Source: Chiloscyllium plagiosum
Taxonomy: Eukaryota
Reading direction: 5' to 3'
DNA length: 64,000 nucleotides
NCBI RefSeq assembly: GCF_004010195.1
Contig: NC_057758.1
Coordinates: forward strand, 6,882,311 to 6,946,310
Of the stretch, positions 49,840 to 63,100 are shown in pieces. Under the pieces are notes generated by a model, which searched no databases, was not told the origin of the DNA, and saw only the letters and a program-made list of their open reading frames with translations. The translations under genes were made by a program, and so were the position numbers. Numbering within the stretch: the stretch's first letter is position 1; every line of letters starts with the position of its first letter.

Positions 49840-50450
49840 GGCGATTAAAGACTGGATTCTTGGCAGTGTGGAGGAATAGAGGGATCGGGGTATGCACGTA
49901 CATAGATCCTTCAAAGGTTCCACCCAAGTGGATAGTGTTGTTAAGAAAGCATATGGTGCTTTGGCTTTCATCATCAGGGGGACTGAGTGTAAGAGCTGTG
50001 AGTTTTTGATGCAGCTCTACAAGTCCCCGGTGAGACCACACTTGGACTGTTGTATCCAGTTTGTCCGACCTGTGGTAGGAAAGATACAGAGACTTTGGAG
50101 AATGTGCAAAGAAAGTTTACCACGTTGCTGCCTGGACTGGAGGGCTTGCCTTCTGAAGAAAATTTGAATAGGCTCGTACCTTTCTCTCGGGAGAGAACGA
50201 GGAAGACAAGAGACCTGATAGAGGTGTCCAAAGGAATGAGAGTAACAGATAGAGTCAATAGCCAGATTCGTTTCCCCGGGACAGGATTGACTTGTACGAG
50301 GAGTCAAAATTTGAAGATATTAGGAGGAAGGTATAAAGGAGATATCAAAAGTAGATTCTTTACACAGACAGTTGTGAATAAATGGAATGCGTTGCCAGCT
50401 GTGCTGGTAGAAGGAGAGTCATTGGGGCATTGAAGTACATATTTGAACTG
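49840..50450 (+). mobile_element. Decayed CR1 3' fragment in the GPCR intron (mirror)
   Basis: VVKKAYGALAFI; FFTQTVVNKWNALP. Confidence 0.85.
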
Positions 50451-50451
50451 C

Positions 50452-50718
50452 AGGAGGAAAGCGGAGCACCCGAAAAGACGCAGACAAACACGGGGAGAAT
50501 GTGCAAACTCCACATAGAGAGTTGTCCCAGATTGGAATCAAACCCGGGTATCTGGTGCTGTGCAAATCCGAAAGAACAGACTTGAATGAAGATGTTGGAA
50601 AAGAAAAACGTTCTGCAAGATAGGAACTGCTCAGATAATTATTCCATTGTCTGTGCTCACCATTTTTTGTTGCGAACTGACATGCCACTGTGAGGCAGCA
50701 GTGCTGACCACTGAGCCT
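50452..50718 (-). mobile_element. V-SINE/HE1-like fragment (mirror of 38888-39155)
   Basis: CACGGGGAGAATGTGCAAACTCCACA; CTGTGAGGCAGCAGTGCTGACCACTGAGCC. Confidence 0.75.
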
Positions 50719-53700
50719 TATTGTCCAGGGATGTGCACGCTTGGTAAATGCGCCATGCGAAATGTGATATTACCGGTTAGGCATGGAAACTTTTCGTGGG
50801 TTTACAGGAATGTGGGTTCTGGATGGCATGTTCTTCTGAGGGTCAGTTCAACCTCGATGAGCCAAGCAGCTTCCGTAGTTATTCAATGATTCTTTAGACA
50901 TAAAAATAGGCAGACCTTCATATCAGTGGATTTATCAAAATCCCGAGTTCCACGTATGAAAGAAAATTAATGTATCTACAATTACCTGCATTTACTTAGT
51001 TATGGTTCAAATTGTGAAAAGGGCCGATGTCCAAGTGCTTACTTTCTCCACACAAATATAAACAAAATTGAGACCCTTCTGCCTCTTTCCTCTTATAGCA
51101 AATCTCGTGGCAATTGTAATCTTATCCAAGGGTAAGTGTGGAATCCCCAACTGCACAACTTGTTACATGTTGGCCATGGCAATGGCGGATCTACTGACGA
51201 TTATCAGTGAGGTCATGCTTCTTGGAATCAATTGGTATTATTTCCCGATGCCTCTCCTGACACTCACTGCTGTGTGTAAAGTTAACTACCTGCTGGCTCG
51301 ATTAGCAATGGACTGTTCAGTCTGGTCCACTGTCACCTTTACTTTTGATCGATTTATTGCAATTTGTTGCGAGAGGCTTAAATCTAAATATTGCACTAGG
51401 AAAACCGCAACAAGAGTTCTTGCAACAATCTGTTTATTTTGCAGTTTAAAAAACATACCCATTTACTTTCGATTTAAGCCTAAACGAATCATTAACAATG
51501 TTTCTCTGTATTGTTCGAACAAACGAGTCTATTTTACTGACCCGAAATGGATTGGATTTAGAATAGTTGATAAGGTTTTAACACCATTGCTGCCAGTTGA
51601 TTTAATTCTGTTGCTCAATGCTCTGATAGTAAGGTATATATTAGTGGCTAGTCGAGTCAGAAAGGGACTGAAGAGTCATAGCAAGGGACAGAATGATCCA
51701 GAGATGGAGAGCAGACGGAATTCTGTGATTTTACTCCTCACCATATCGGGCAGCTTTATAATGTTGTGGTTTCCGTATATTCTGTTCATTTTTAATGTTA
51801 ATGAACTTCTCGATGACAATTCTGAAAATATATTTAAGGAAGTTGCGTACATGTTGCGGAATTTAAGATGAAGCACAAACACATTAATTTATGGAGCGAC
51901 GCAGTCCAAGTTCAGAGAACAGTTGAAGAGCATGGTGCAATATCCGGTTACGTTAATTATGAAACTAACTTCGAAAGGAAACAACTCTGAGCTGCTGAAA
52001 AGATGATACGTGAATTGAAAGGGTGGCTTGGCAGAACATCGCTGGGAAGCAAAATCGAAAAGCAAGACGTATTAACATGTCGTGACCAATCCACATGGAG
52101 GAACAGAAGAACTAAAAAAGAACAGCGAACCAGGTCAAACAGAAACCTTCTGAAGGCCTGAAAGAAATGAGCAGGTATAACCCAAATCCAACAACAGCAG
52201 CAAGGCACATCCTATATGAACTTGTATGACTAATGGCAAAAGAGCAGGAAAATTCTCACATCCCAGAGATAAGTGAACAAGGCCGAGAGATGACACCCGT
52301 CCTGCAAACTCAGTTGTAATGTGCATACGAGGAAACAAAATGATGTCTTCAGCTTGTGTGCTGCAGGATACTATTCCTTGCATGACAATCAATGAAATCA
52401 TTTTCTGTCAGACAGGGCTAAATGATTCAACAAAGAAAGGATCAACTAGGCGTTGAACTTTATTCATCATATTATTGACATTGATACAGGAGCAGATTAG
52501 ATGCGATGGGTTCTGTGGTAAGGAACTCATCTCCACTCTCGAAAATGAGATGGCACTATCTAGAAAGCAGAAGTCCAAAATATAATGAGATACTCGCAGA
52601 TTTGCGCTGATTGGTGCAGCTCGATCAATACGTGGGATTCACAACCGCTGCAGTAGGAATTTAACTGGAAAACATTTTTTTAATCAAGTTAAATATTCGC
52701 GTCAGAGCCAGATTCTGCCCAGAGCCACATACATTTAAGTAGTCTAGTTAAACATTCTGCTCCGGATAAAGCAGTTATCCATCTGGCACTGGAAACCCTT
52801 CACATGAATATGGCCTTTCGTATTGCCTTCACATCTTCAGATTACTGAGGGGGCGGTGGGTTGGAGGAGCTAATACATAGAGTGATTCATTACAATCTTA
52901 CTTACATAGGTTGAATAATGATATCTGGGAATTGTTTGACAGTGAGAAGTGTGCACAATGGGGGAGGTAGTGATTCACTTAGCATTACTTCCAAACAGGA
53001 AAGCGTGCTGAGCAGAGAGATTGGTGCAGGATTCCAACTCCACCACACGAACCCACCCCGAAGTACTACATGCTGGTGAGTTGCAGAAAGAGGAATTTTC
53101 AGCAGTTGCACAATTGTTGGAGAAATGGTCAAAAGTGAAAACGGTCTTGGAGTGCTTTTGCTTTTTGTGCATTGGTCTTATCCTTGGGCGTGCATGGTCT
53201 CTGCAATATTAAAATACAAACCTGAATGCAGAGATAGACATACCGAATAGGAATCTACAAAGACAGGAAAGATAATAGGAATGTATTTGTTTCTGAATGA
53301 AAGTAGCATCAAGTGTCCTTGTGGAAGCTTCATTGAACTCAGAGATCCCATGCTGATGCTATGAGGATGTATCTTCAAACAACACCATTGATATATGCAG
53401 TTGTTTCCGTGAGGATCCATTTTCCACGAATATAACACAGAATCTGCTTCTATACGCTATGATTTCGACATCTTCTCATTCTAGTCTATTTCCTTTTATT
53501 GCACTCCATAGCCATGTACAAGTTTTAATATCTGTGAAACCTGTGTCACCATCAGCTTTCATTACTATTTGTCATTGGGTTATTTCAGATAACGTTAAGC
53601 CGTTTCTGAGAAATCTGAAAGAAATCTTGCTTCATCGTCTTTTTAAAAGCTGTGCTCGAAATTGCCAGTCATGGAACGAATGAAGAAAATCTTGAACTAT

Positions 53701-54994
53701 TTCTCCAATCCTCTGTTGTTTCTCTAAGCAATTCTCATCAATAAAGGGCAAAAATAAACGAGAAACTATGCTCAAATTACACATTGTCCTTCTTCTATAA
53801 TACTGAGACTAAATGTAAATTTGACCAGCAGTGTTACAGTTCTTATCTCTGGCCAATGATTGCCCTCACTATCTGGAATGATGACATTCACAGATTAGAA
53901 AACGATGCAGGCAAATGAATTATGATGATCTTGGACAGTTCCTTAGGAATCGATAAAAGTGGAGGCAAACTCTAGGTACAAGTCGTTCCATGAAACGCTA
54001 GTTTTAATATCGTTTGATGGTGGTTTCCTACTTGATTAAACAGTTTTATACAAAAAAAGTAAATCAGTCTGTACCTCATTGATTGTTGATTGACGTTTGT
54101 GCAAACATTCCTGTGTTTGATACATTGTGACAACCTCCGACGATGAAAGAGAACATTGAATTACTTCTGCATTATCCAGTGCCTGAATTGTATATGACCA
54201 AGAACCTGCCGTTTGCTCCCAATCTCTCACTGTCAGATTTACGAATCTCTGGGACTGTGGAACTTTGTTTCGGGTCATACATTGAAAGTGGGATTTATTC
54301 TTTCTCTGAACCTTGCTGTCTGTCAGTGTGAATTGCAACGCTTATTTCCGAATCTCTGGTTTTGTGCATGTAAGTGAGATCCACTCTGCACTGAAGCCCT
54401 GCTCAACATTGAGTGTCCAACCCCATTTGCAGAACACCTCCAGTCTGTAAACAAGCATGACCCCAAATTTTCCGTAGCCCAGTCATTTTAACACAGCATT
54501 CTGCTTGCAAGCTCATTTGTCTGTCCTCGGTATTCTACCATACTCCAGTGAATCACGACGCAAGCTGGATTAGCAGTATCTCATCTTCAAACTAGGCATG
54601 TTCACAACATTCTGGACTAATGCTGAGTTCAGCACTTTCAAATTGTGAGCTCATTGCTTCATTTTCTCTCAGCTTTGCTTTTTACCTTCTCTATCACGCT
54701 CTCTCCCCTCATGCCCGCACCAGTGGGACGGTCTACTCTTGCCAGTTTGGCAGATAGAAACACAGTTGTTCTGCCATTCACACAGTCTGACCACTTAATA
54801 TAAATTGGCAACGTTCTTTCCAAGTCACATCAGTCCAACCATCGCCCCAGCAATGTTGCATAAATGCTGCTCTCGCAACACACCAACATCTAAACTCAAA
54901 AGTTGAGATTCCTCCATTTCCATAGATACAGCCCTTAACCCACTCTGGTATCCAATATTTTGTTGTTTTCAGTTTCCCGTTTACCAGAAACAGT

Positions 54995-55355
54995 TCCCCA
55001 AACCACGCCCCATTACACTGTGTCCCGCCAGCACACCACAAAAGCCACCCACAAACACACTGCCCCGCCCAGCGCACCTTAAACTCCGCCCTGAAACTCT
55101 GTGCCACGCCCAGCATGCCCAAAACCTCGCCCCAAATACTGCGTCCCGCCCAGCACACCCCAAACTCCGCAGCCAAACACAATTCTCTGCCCAGCTCACC
55201 CTCAAACCCCGCTCCTAAACACGGCGCCGCCCTTTGCACCAACCCAACCAACTATAATTTCCCACACAGTGCACCTCAGGCATTTTCCCAAACACTCTGG
55301 ACTGCCCAGCGCTCCCCAAACACCGCTCCCATAGACTTTTCCCTGTCCAGATCAC
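54995..55355. repeat. Degenerate ~40-bp GC-rich minisatellite (right arm)
   Basis: Recurrent CGCCCAGCA units. Confidence 0.7.
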
Positions 55356-56380
55356 CTAAAACCCTGTCCAAACTATAATTCCATGCCTGGTGCACCCCAA
55401 ACCCGTCCCTACCACAACTCCCCGCGCCTAAATTCAAAGACCCCATTTTCCCAAACTCCACCTTCCATTTTCCAATTCCTCCTCCTTCCATACCGAGGAC
55501 CAGTTCGTTCTCTTTCCCTATCTTTTTTAGTTTGGTGATGGGGTTTTTGTTGGGAGGTTACAGGTAAGGAACAGATGTGATTCTCTCTCCTTTGTAGTGC
55601 TGGGATGGGAAGAGAAGTTTTGTCAGAGAATTCTTGATGATATTCTGAAATTTTGTTCCCATTAAAAACTAGGCCTCATGCTTTGGGACCACGTTTGACA
55701 TCTACCAATTCTTGCCTCTCAGAGCTAGGCCCCATATTTCAAACTTCAACACGACAGACCAATCCACTGGGTGGTGATGTAGGCACTGGCATGGCCTCCA
55801 GATGCATCACAACGAGGATGGGCAAGAGAACCCTTTGTGGCTGCGCATTGCTCCACTCTTTGCTGGAGAACACCGACGCCAAGACGCAGCCTTGGTGCCA
55901 ATCAAGCCCTGGAGGACTGTGATGGTGAGCTGCAGATGCTGGTGGATGTAGTGATGGATCTCATTCAGCCACTGCTGCTCACCCACGACATAGTCCAGGA
56001 GGCACCCTGCTGCAGAACTGGCTGGCAGGCTCCCAATCCTCCACGTTGTTGCCAGGAGTGGGTGAGTTCCTGGAGCCGGGCATTCAGGAGCCTTGGATGA
56101 TAATCATGGAAACTGAGAGTCGGAGGCTGGCGAGGCTGCACTCAGCCGTGGCGCAGTAATGGCCCACGAAATCAGTTGGGCCACATTGAGGCCTCAGTCA
56201 ATTGCACAGCCAATTAGTGAAGCAAATCTAAAACAGAGGCAGAGCCTATATTTCCTTGCACTGATCAGCAAGTTCTGACCTTCACTCAGATTGGCTCACT
56301 TGCACTCGGATCAAGATGCAGCCTAGTCCTATATGCCCCTGCATTAAATCCACTAATTGGCTTACCCAGCTCTGGGCCCC

Positions 56381-57871
56381 CGATGCATCCTGAGCCGATA
56401 TTTCACTGCTTTGTCGAGATATTGGTTCATTTACTAACACAGCACGAGGTCTTCGATGCATCCGAGTCCTGCATCAGGGTCATGGTGCGAGTGGGATGTG
56501 CATCATTTTGGCCCAGAGATTCAACCTGCGTTCTTCATCTCTGATCTGTGGAGTTCAGCTAACTCTGGATCAAATGTAAGTACTTGCTCCATGATCTGGA
56601 TCTTCGGCCTAAACCTCCCGCGCTGTGGGTCTCAATTCATCCCCAATTCATCTAGTGTGAGATCGGTTTTGGAAAGGGCCCGAGAATGGAGCCTGGGACT
56701 CTCCTGCTCTTTGTGCACATGTATCAAGCTGTGAGTGTGAAGGTCTTTAGTTTCACAGCACTCTGTAAAGTCAACTCCCCAAGATGATGCGCAGGCTTAC
56801 GTTTCCCTACATTGTGGGTCCTGGTCAGTCCTGGAAGGAAAATTCAGGAAAACTGGCAGATGAGGCATTCTGCTCTGAGTCACCTGGCTTATCTCAAAAC
56901 AGAAGACTGTGTGTTCATTTCCATCATTTACTGGGTTTTAACTCTCTGTGGTTAGGAAAGAGATTTGTATTTTCGGCAGTACTAGGTCAAGATGGAAACC
57001 GGAACTTTCCTCCTATGGACGTCCATACATGTGGGGCTCTCAATCCCNNNNNNNNNNNNNNNNNNNNNNNNNNNNNNNNNNNNNNNNNNNNNNNNNNNNN
57101 NNNNNNNNNNNNNNNNNNNNNNNNNNNNNNNNNNNNNNNNNNNNNNNNNNNNNNNNNNNNNNNNNNNNNNNNNNNNNNNNNNNNNNNNNNNNNNNNNNNN
57201 NNNNCGATGCATCCTGAGCCGATATTTCACTGCTTTGTCGAGATATTGGTTAATTTACTAACACAGCACGAGGTCTGAGATGCATCCGAGTCGTGCATAA
57301 GGGTCATGGTGCGAGTGGGATGTGCATCATTTTGGCCCAGAGATTCAACCTGCGTTCTTCATCTCTGATCTGTGGAGTTCAGCTAACTCTGGATCAAATG
57401 TAAGTACTTGCTCCATGATCTGGATCTTAGGCCTAAACCTCCCGCGCTGTGGGTCTCAATTCATCCCCAATTCATCTAGTGTGAGATCGGTTTTGGAAAG
57501 GGCCCGAGAATGGAGCCTGGGACTTTCCTGCTCTTTGTGCACATGAATTTAGCTGTGAGTGTGAAGGTCTTTAGTTTCACAGCACTCTGTAAAGTCAACT
57601 CCCCAAGATGATGCGCAGGCTTACGTTTCCCTACATTGTGGGTCCTGGTCAGTCCTGGAAGGAAAAGTCAGGAAAACTGGCAGATGAGGCATTCTGCTCT
57701 GAGTCACCTGGCTTATCTCAAAACAGAAGACTGTGTATTCATTTCCATCATTTACTGGGTTTTAACTCTCTGTGGTTAGGAAAGCGATTTGTATTTTCGG
57801 CAGTACTAGGTCAAGATGGAAACCGGAACTTTCCTCCTATGGACGTCCATACATGTGGGGCTCTCAATCCC
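56381..57871. repeat. ~667-bp direct duplication flanking the 57048-57204 gap
   Basis: 56381-57047 matches 57205-57871 with scattered substitutions. Confidence 0.92.
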
Positions 57872-57981
57872 ATAGATTCCATGAAAGATCAACAAACGCG
57901 AGCACGAGACGGGGCCTCCTTGTCCGGATCTTTAACAGTCCCACATGGGGTGAAATTGTTAAATTCAGAGCTCGGCTGAAA

Positions 57982-58195
57982 ATGGAGCCTGAGGCCTACA
58001 CTTCCCTGCATCGGGCTCCAACCGCCCCACACGGGGTGAAATTGGTAAAATCAGTACTCGATCTTAGATCGAGAAACGGCATGTCTCTGCAGTGCATTAC
58101 AAGATATGTGGAAGAGAAGGATTTATTTCCTAGTGAAGAAACAATTCCAGGTGTAATATAAACACTCAAGAAGCAAGAGCAGTGCAAGATTCATT
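57982..58195 (+). pseudogene. Linker histone H1/H5 globular-domain-like fragment (right arm)
   Basis: MEPEAYTSLHRAPTAPHGVKLVKSVLDLRSRNGMSLQCITRYVEEK...*TLKKQ. Confidence 0.4.
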
Positions 58196-58199
58196 GCTT

Positions 58200-59932
58200 A
58201 AAAGTCAGGAATAGGAAATGCGAAATAACAATGCTGCGTGTATACTACAGGCCTCCCAACGACCAGCAGGCGAGAGAAGAGAGAAAATGCAGACAGATCT
58301 TGGAAAGATGTAACAGCAAGGTTGTTGTGGTGGGTGCTTTTAACTTCCCTGACACGCTAGGAACTTGGATGGGCAGAATTTGTAAGGACCGTCAGGAGGG
58401 ATTCCTGACAAAATCGGTAAACTGTCCAACCAGGGAAGGGACCTGAGTTTAGGAACTGAGCCAGGTCAGGTAAATGAAGTTTCAGTGTGGGGCAATTGTG
58501 GGAGAAGCGACCATAATTATGTGCATTGCAACTTTGGACGAGGTGGATGAGTGGTTCAAGCGAAGGACTGCTAATCCATTGTGGTTTGTACGCGTGTGTT
58601 CAAATCCCAGCCTCGTCGGTGTTTTATTATTTGGAAAGGCAAGGAGTTATCAGGAATAGTCATCGTGGTGTTGTTTATGGGAAATCATGTGTCACAAACT
58701 TGATTGAGGTTTTTGAAGAAATAACAAAGAGAATTGATGAGGGCAGAGCAGGAGCTGGACTTCAGTAATGCTTTCGACAAGGTTCGATTGGGAGACTGAT
58801 TAGCAAGGTTAGATCTCTTGGAATAAAGGCAGAACTAGCCATTTGGATACAGAACTGGCTCAAAGGTAGAAGCCACAGGTGGTGGTGGAGGGTTCATTTT
58901 CAGACTGGAGGTCTGTGACCAGTGGAGTGCCACTGGATCGGTTCTGGGTCCTTTACTTTTTGTCATTTACATCAATGATTTGGATGCGAGCATAAGAGGT
59001 GCAGTTAGTAAGTTTGCGGAAGACACCAAAACTTGCGGTGTAGTGGACAGCGAAGAGGGTTACCTCAGATTACAACAGGATCTGTACCAGATAGGTCCAT
59101 GGGCTGAGGAGTGGCAGTTCGAGTTTAATTCAGATAAATTTGAGGCGCTGCATTTTAGGAAAGCACATCTTAACAGGACTTATATATTTGATGGGAATGT
59201 CCTAGGGAGTGTTGCTGAACAAAGAGACCTTGGAGTGCAGGTTCATAGCTCCTTGAAAGTGGAGTCGCAGGTAGATAGGATAGTTAAAAAGGCGTTTGGT
59301 TTTCTTTCCTTTATTGGTCAGATGACTGAGTACAGAAGATGATAGATCATGTTGCGGCTGTACTGGGCATTGGTTAGGCCACTGTTGGAATATTCTGAGC
59401 AATTCTGCTCTCCTTCCTTTGGAAAGATGTTTTAAAACTTGAAAGGGTTCAGAAAAGTTTTACAATTATGTTGCCAGAGTTGGAGGATTTGAGCTATAGG
59501 GAGAGGCTGAACAGGCTGGGGCTGTTTTTCCTGGAGCGTTGGAGGCTGAGGGGTGATCTTACCGAGGTTTACAAAGTTATGAGGGTCATGGATAGGATAA
59601 ATAAAGTATTTTCCCTGGGATCGGGGAGTCCAGACCTAGAGGGCATAGATTTAGGGTGAGAGTGGAACGATATAATACAGACCTAAGGGGCATTTTGTTC
59701 CCGCAGAGGGTGGTCCGTGTATGGAATGAGCTGCCAGAAGAAGTGGTGGATGCTGGTGCAATTTCAACATTTAAGAGGCATTTGGGTGGTTATAAGAATA
59801 GGAAGAGTTTGGAGGGATACGGGCCGATACTGGCAGGATGGGTTGAGATTTAGTTCGGATATCTCGTTGGCATGGTCAGGTTGAACCGAAGGGTCTGTTT
59901 CCATGCTGTACATCTTTATGACTCTATGACTC
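58200..59932 (+). mobile_element. CR1 LINE 3' portion (mirror of 30326-32060)
   Basis: VYYRPP, SKFAEDTK, tail TATGACTCTATGACTC. Confidence 0.9.
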
Positions 59933-60127
59933 TCTCACANNNNNNNNNNNNNNNNNNNNNNNNNNNNNNNNNNNNNNNNNNNNNNNNNNNNNNNNNNNNN
60001 NNNNNNNNNNNNNNNNNNNNNNNNNNNNNNNNNNNNNNNNNNNNNNNNNNNNNNNNNNNNNNNNNNNNNNNNNNNNNNNNNNNNNNNNNNNNNNNNNNNN
60101 NNNNNNNNNNNNNNNNNNNNNNNNNNN

Positions 60128-63100
60128 GTACATGGGAGTCGCAAGCTGCTTTGAAGAATTCCTCTGACTTTCTTCTGAAGTATTTCTCTGCATATTGTGC
60201 CTCCTGCCTGCAAGAATTTGTTTGATTTTACCCTTTTTACAAGAATTCCGTTTATGGAATGCTTCTGTTTTTGAACAGTTAATTATTGCTTGTTACTGTA
60301 GCGGGTCGTTTAAATTTTGCAACAGTGCAGTTATTCTAAATTCCTCTTTCTATTTTGTTCGTGTTCCAACTGTAGTACTTAAATGAATTCTGTTTTGTTT
60401 AAAGCCGAGTCGTCTGATCCGTTGCATTCTGGTGGGAACACAACTCACGTCTGCCTTTAAAATGAGGAAACGTCAGTTTTGACACAAACTTCTGAAAATA
60501 TATTCCAGGGTTCTGGCAATTTGAAGGCTGTTGTCGAGATAGATTGTGTAATTCAAAATTCAACTTTGTGCTTGTTGGACATAAAGATGGCTTGTGGTAG
60601 GTGTTGCTGTCTGTTGTTCCGGGAGTTGAATACGGTTCGTTTAAACAGTGCTTTCCGAACTATTGGCTCGTTCAGTCGCTAAGAGTTTTCTGAGAGTGGA
60701 AGAATGAGTTTCAGAAAAGTTGCGCAAGGGAATGCTGTTGGAATTGGCAGCCAAGCTGAATTTGCACTTGCCTTTGTCTTTGAATTTGAATTGCATTTCG
60801 GGAATTTAAGATGATATCTTTTAAGTGTATAGAACCATCAGTGATTATGAAATGAAATACTATCGCCCCAACCACCTTGGTTTTTACAGGCCATGGCTGC
60901 CCTACTGTCAATTTCTAACTAATCCCATTCATGCTTACATGAAAGCAATTCTATTTTCAATCGAAATCAGTTTAATGTGTTGTAAACCGACATTAACATT
61001 TTGACTTAAACAAAAAGAATCCTCCTGAGATTTTGTACCATTTGACATCAGCATAAACTTGGTCTCAAAATCCCTATTCTTTCATGCGACTGCAAGATGG
61101 AGCTATAATTGCAGAAGATTACAGGAGAATTGAGAGCTGCGCCCACGCCAGTTTGTCTTTGTGTGCTTTTGTTCGTTCTGTTTTGCAGGTTACAGGCTCA
61201 TACCACGGCTACTGAGGATCCATGGGGTTTGTTAATTTCAAGCGTCATGTGGAATGACTGCCCCATATTCGCTTTGTCCTGTTTTGAAGGGAGTCCAGGT
61301 TCTCTGGGTCTGTCCAGAAAGACCCTGAAGGACCAAGGTAAATCCGAATATCACAGGAACACGGTAGGAGATACCCTGGTTCTGCCAGGTCACTGGCCAA
61401 TATTGTTGGAGAAATGAAAAAAAGAGGGCAATTGCTGCTTTGGTCTCGTCCAAAACAAAAATCGAAATTTGGCCAGGTACAAAAAAATGCTGTTGGGAAT
61501 GCTGATGCAATTCTCGCTCCATAGCCGCAAGATACTCATGTGAGTACTCAACAGGGCCCTATTGTCCGGATTGTGCTGTTGAAAGCATCTTAACGTTTAC
61601 AAAATTAGTAAAAACAAATTTGCTTTCCCCACGATTATGAAATATTTGATAAGCCCCAGACTCACTCTGAGGTATGCAGCGTGCTTCAAGAAACCCCGAT
61701 CCATTCAATTGCCCAACATTATTTTCAATTGGCTCGTGCAAATCTGTAGTAATTATAGTTGCTTGCTTCAGAATGTCCAGGTTTCACGCGATTTGGCACA
61801 CGGGACACATTGTGTATCTATTAAGGACTCCATTGAATTTCCCCTGGGTTGCAGACTAATGCAGCGGCACGAACATCTTGCTTTGAAAATGTTGTTAAAA
61901 TTGCAAATGGAACGTCTGGGAGGTATTTAGATTTTGCCCACGTGGTTAAGCAACTATATTTCACAGCCAAGATTTATGAGGCTAATCTCCCTAAGTTTGA
62001 TTACATTGGAAACTGAGTGCCTCATGGCCATTACAAGCAAGGAATAAACAAAATCTGTAAACTGAGATATGAGGAAAGTTGAAAAATGTTCATGTGTGCG
62101 TGTGAGCGGGAGGGAGAGAGAGGGAGAAAGAGAGACTGACTCAGCTGCATCTTGCAGAAAGGTTAACCGTTTGTGATTTGGTTCGAATGCACATTTGCTT
62201 GTTGGTTAATGAATGTTTGTGTTTTGTTGCGTGGAGTTGAGATTTTTGAATTGCATTTCGGGAATTTAATATGATATCTTTTAAGTGTATCGAACCATCA
62301 GTGATTCTGAAATGAAATATTATCTCCCCACCCACCTTGTTTTTTACAGGCCATGGCTGCTCTACTGTCAATTTCTAACTAATCCCATTCATGCTTACAT
62401 GAAAGCAATTCTATTTTCAATATTTAATGTATTGTAAACCGACATTAACATTTTGATTTAAACAGAAAAAATCCTCCTGAGATTTTGTACTATTTGACAT
62501 CAGCATAAACTTGGTCTCAAAATCCCTATTCTTTCATGCGAAAGCAAAAGACCATTTTCACCCCTCCCACACTTACATGTTCGACAAATGAAGGAATAGA
62601 CTAAAGGAATTAAAGTAGTAGCGCAAAAGATCGTGACCTCTGGCGCAGAATAATTCTGTTCCAGGATGAGGACAGGTCGCTGCTCAATGTTAATAAAAAT
62701 CTAAACCAAGCATTGTGGAAACTCACTTCAGACTTTAACTTTTGATCATTTAGTGGTGGAATTGCATGAACTTCATTTAATTTGCTTAAATATTGTAATG
62801 CTGTGAGTATAAAGATAGATCCAAAATATCCCGAACCAACAGGAGTGATTTTAGATAACGATACTAACATGTTTAATGTTGTTTAGGACTCGTTTGTTTC
62901 CATTTAATTTGAAAATTGCTGCATCGCATTGGTGATTATGAAGTACTAGTCATTGCTTTATTATTTCTCAATTCCTATCCCACACTGACAATTTCAACAT
63001 TATGTTCTGATAAATCATGTAACAAAATCAATATCCCATTGTTCATATCTGTGCCTTAGAATTCGGCCGTTATTTATGCATTCGAAGTATTATATTACCA

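Larger units (their letters stand above)
49209..52006 (+). pseudogene. GPR139/GPR142-like class A GPCR, two exons (49209-49275, 51099-52006); one in-frame TGA in TM7 (279 aa, or 324 aa if read through)
   Basis: Exon 1 MHNTVRAVRKMFYTILSIIGVP|GTAAG; acceptor CTTATAG|CA; NLVAIVILS, MAMADL, FDRFIAIC, LWFPY; TGA 51869-51871 followed in frame by STNTLIYGATQSKFREQL. Confidence 0.88.

Noticed and set aside
52380..52432. Hairpin starting ATGAAATCATTT...AAATGATT as a possible SECIS for the GPCR TGA
   Set aside because: Lacks the apical AA loop and the 3' GA of the non-Watson-Crick quartet
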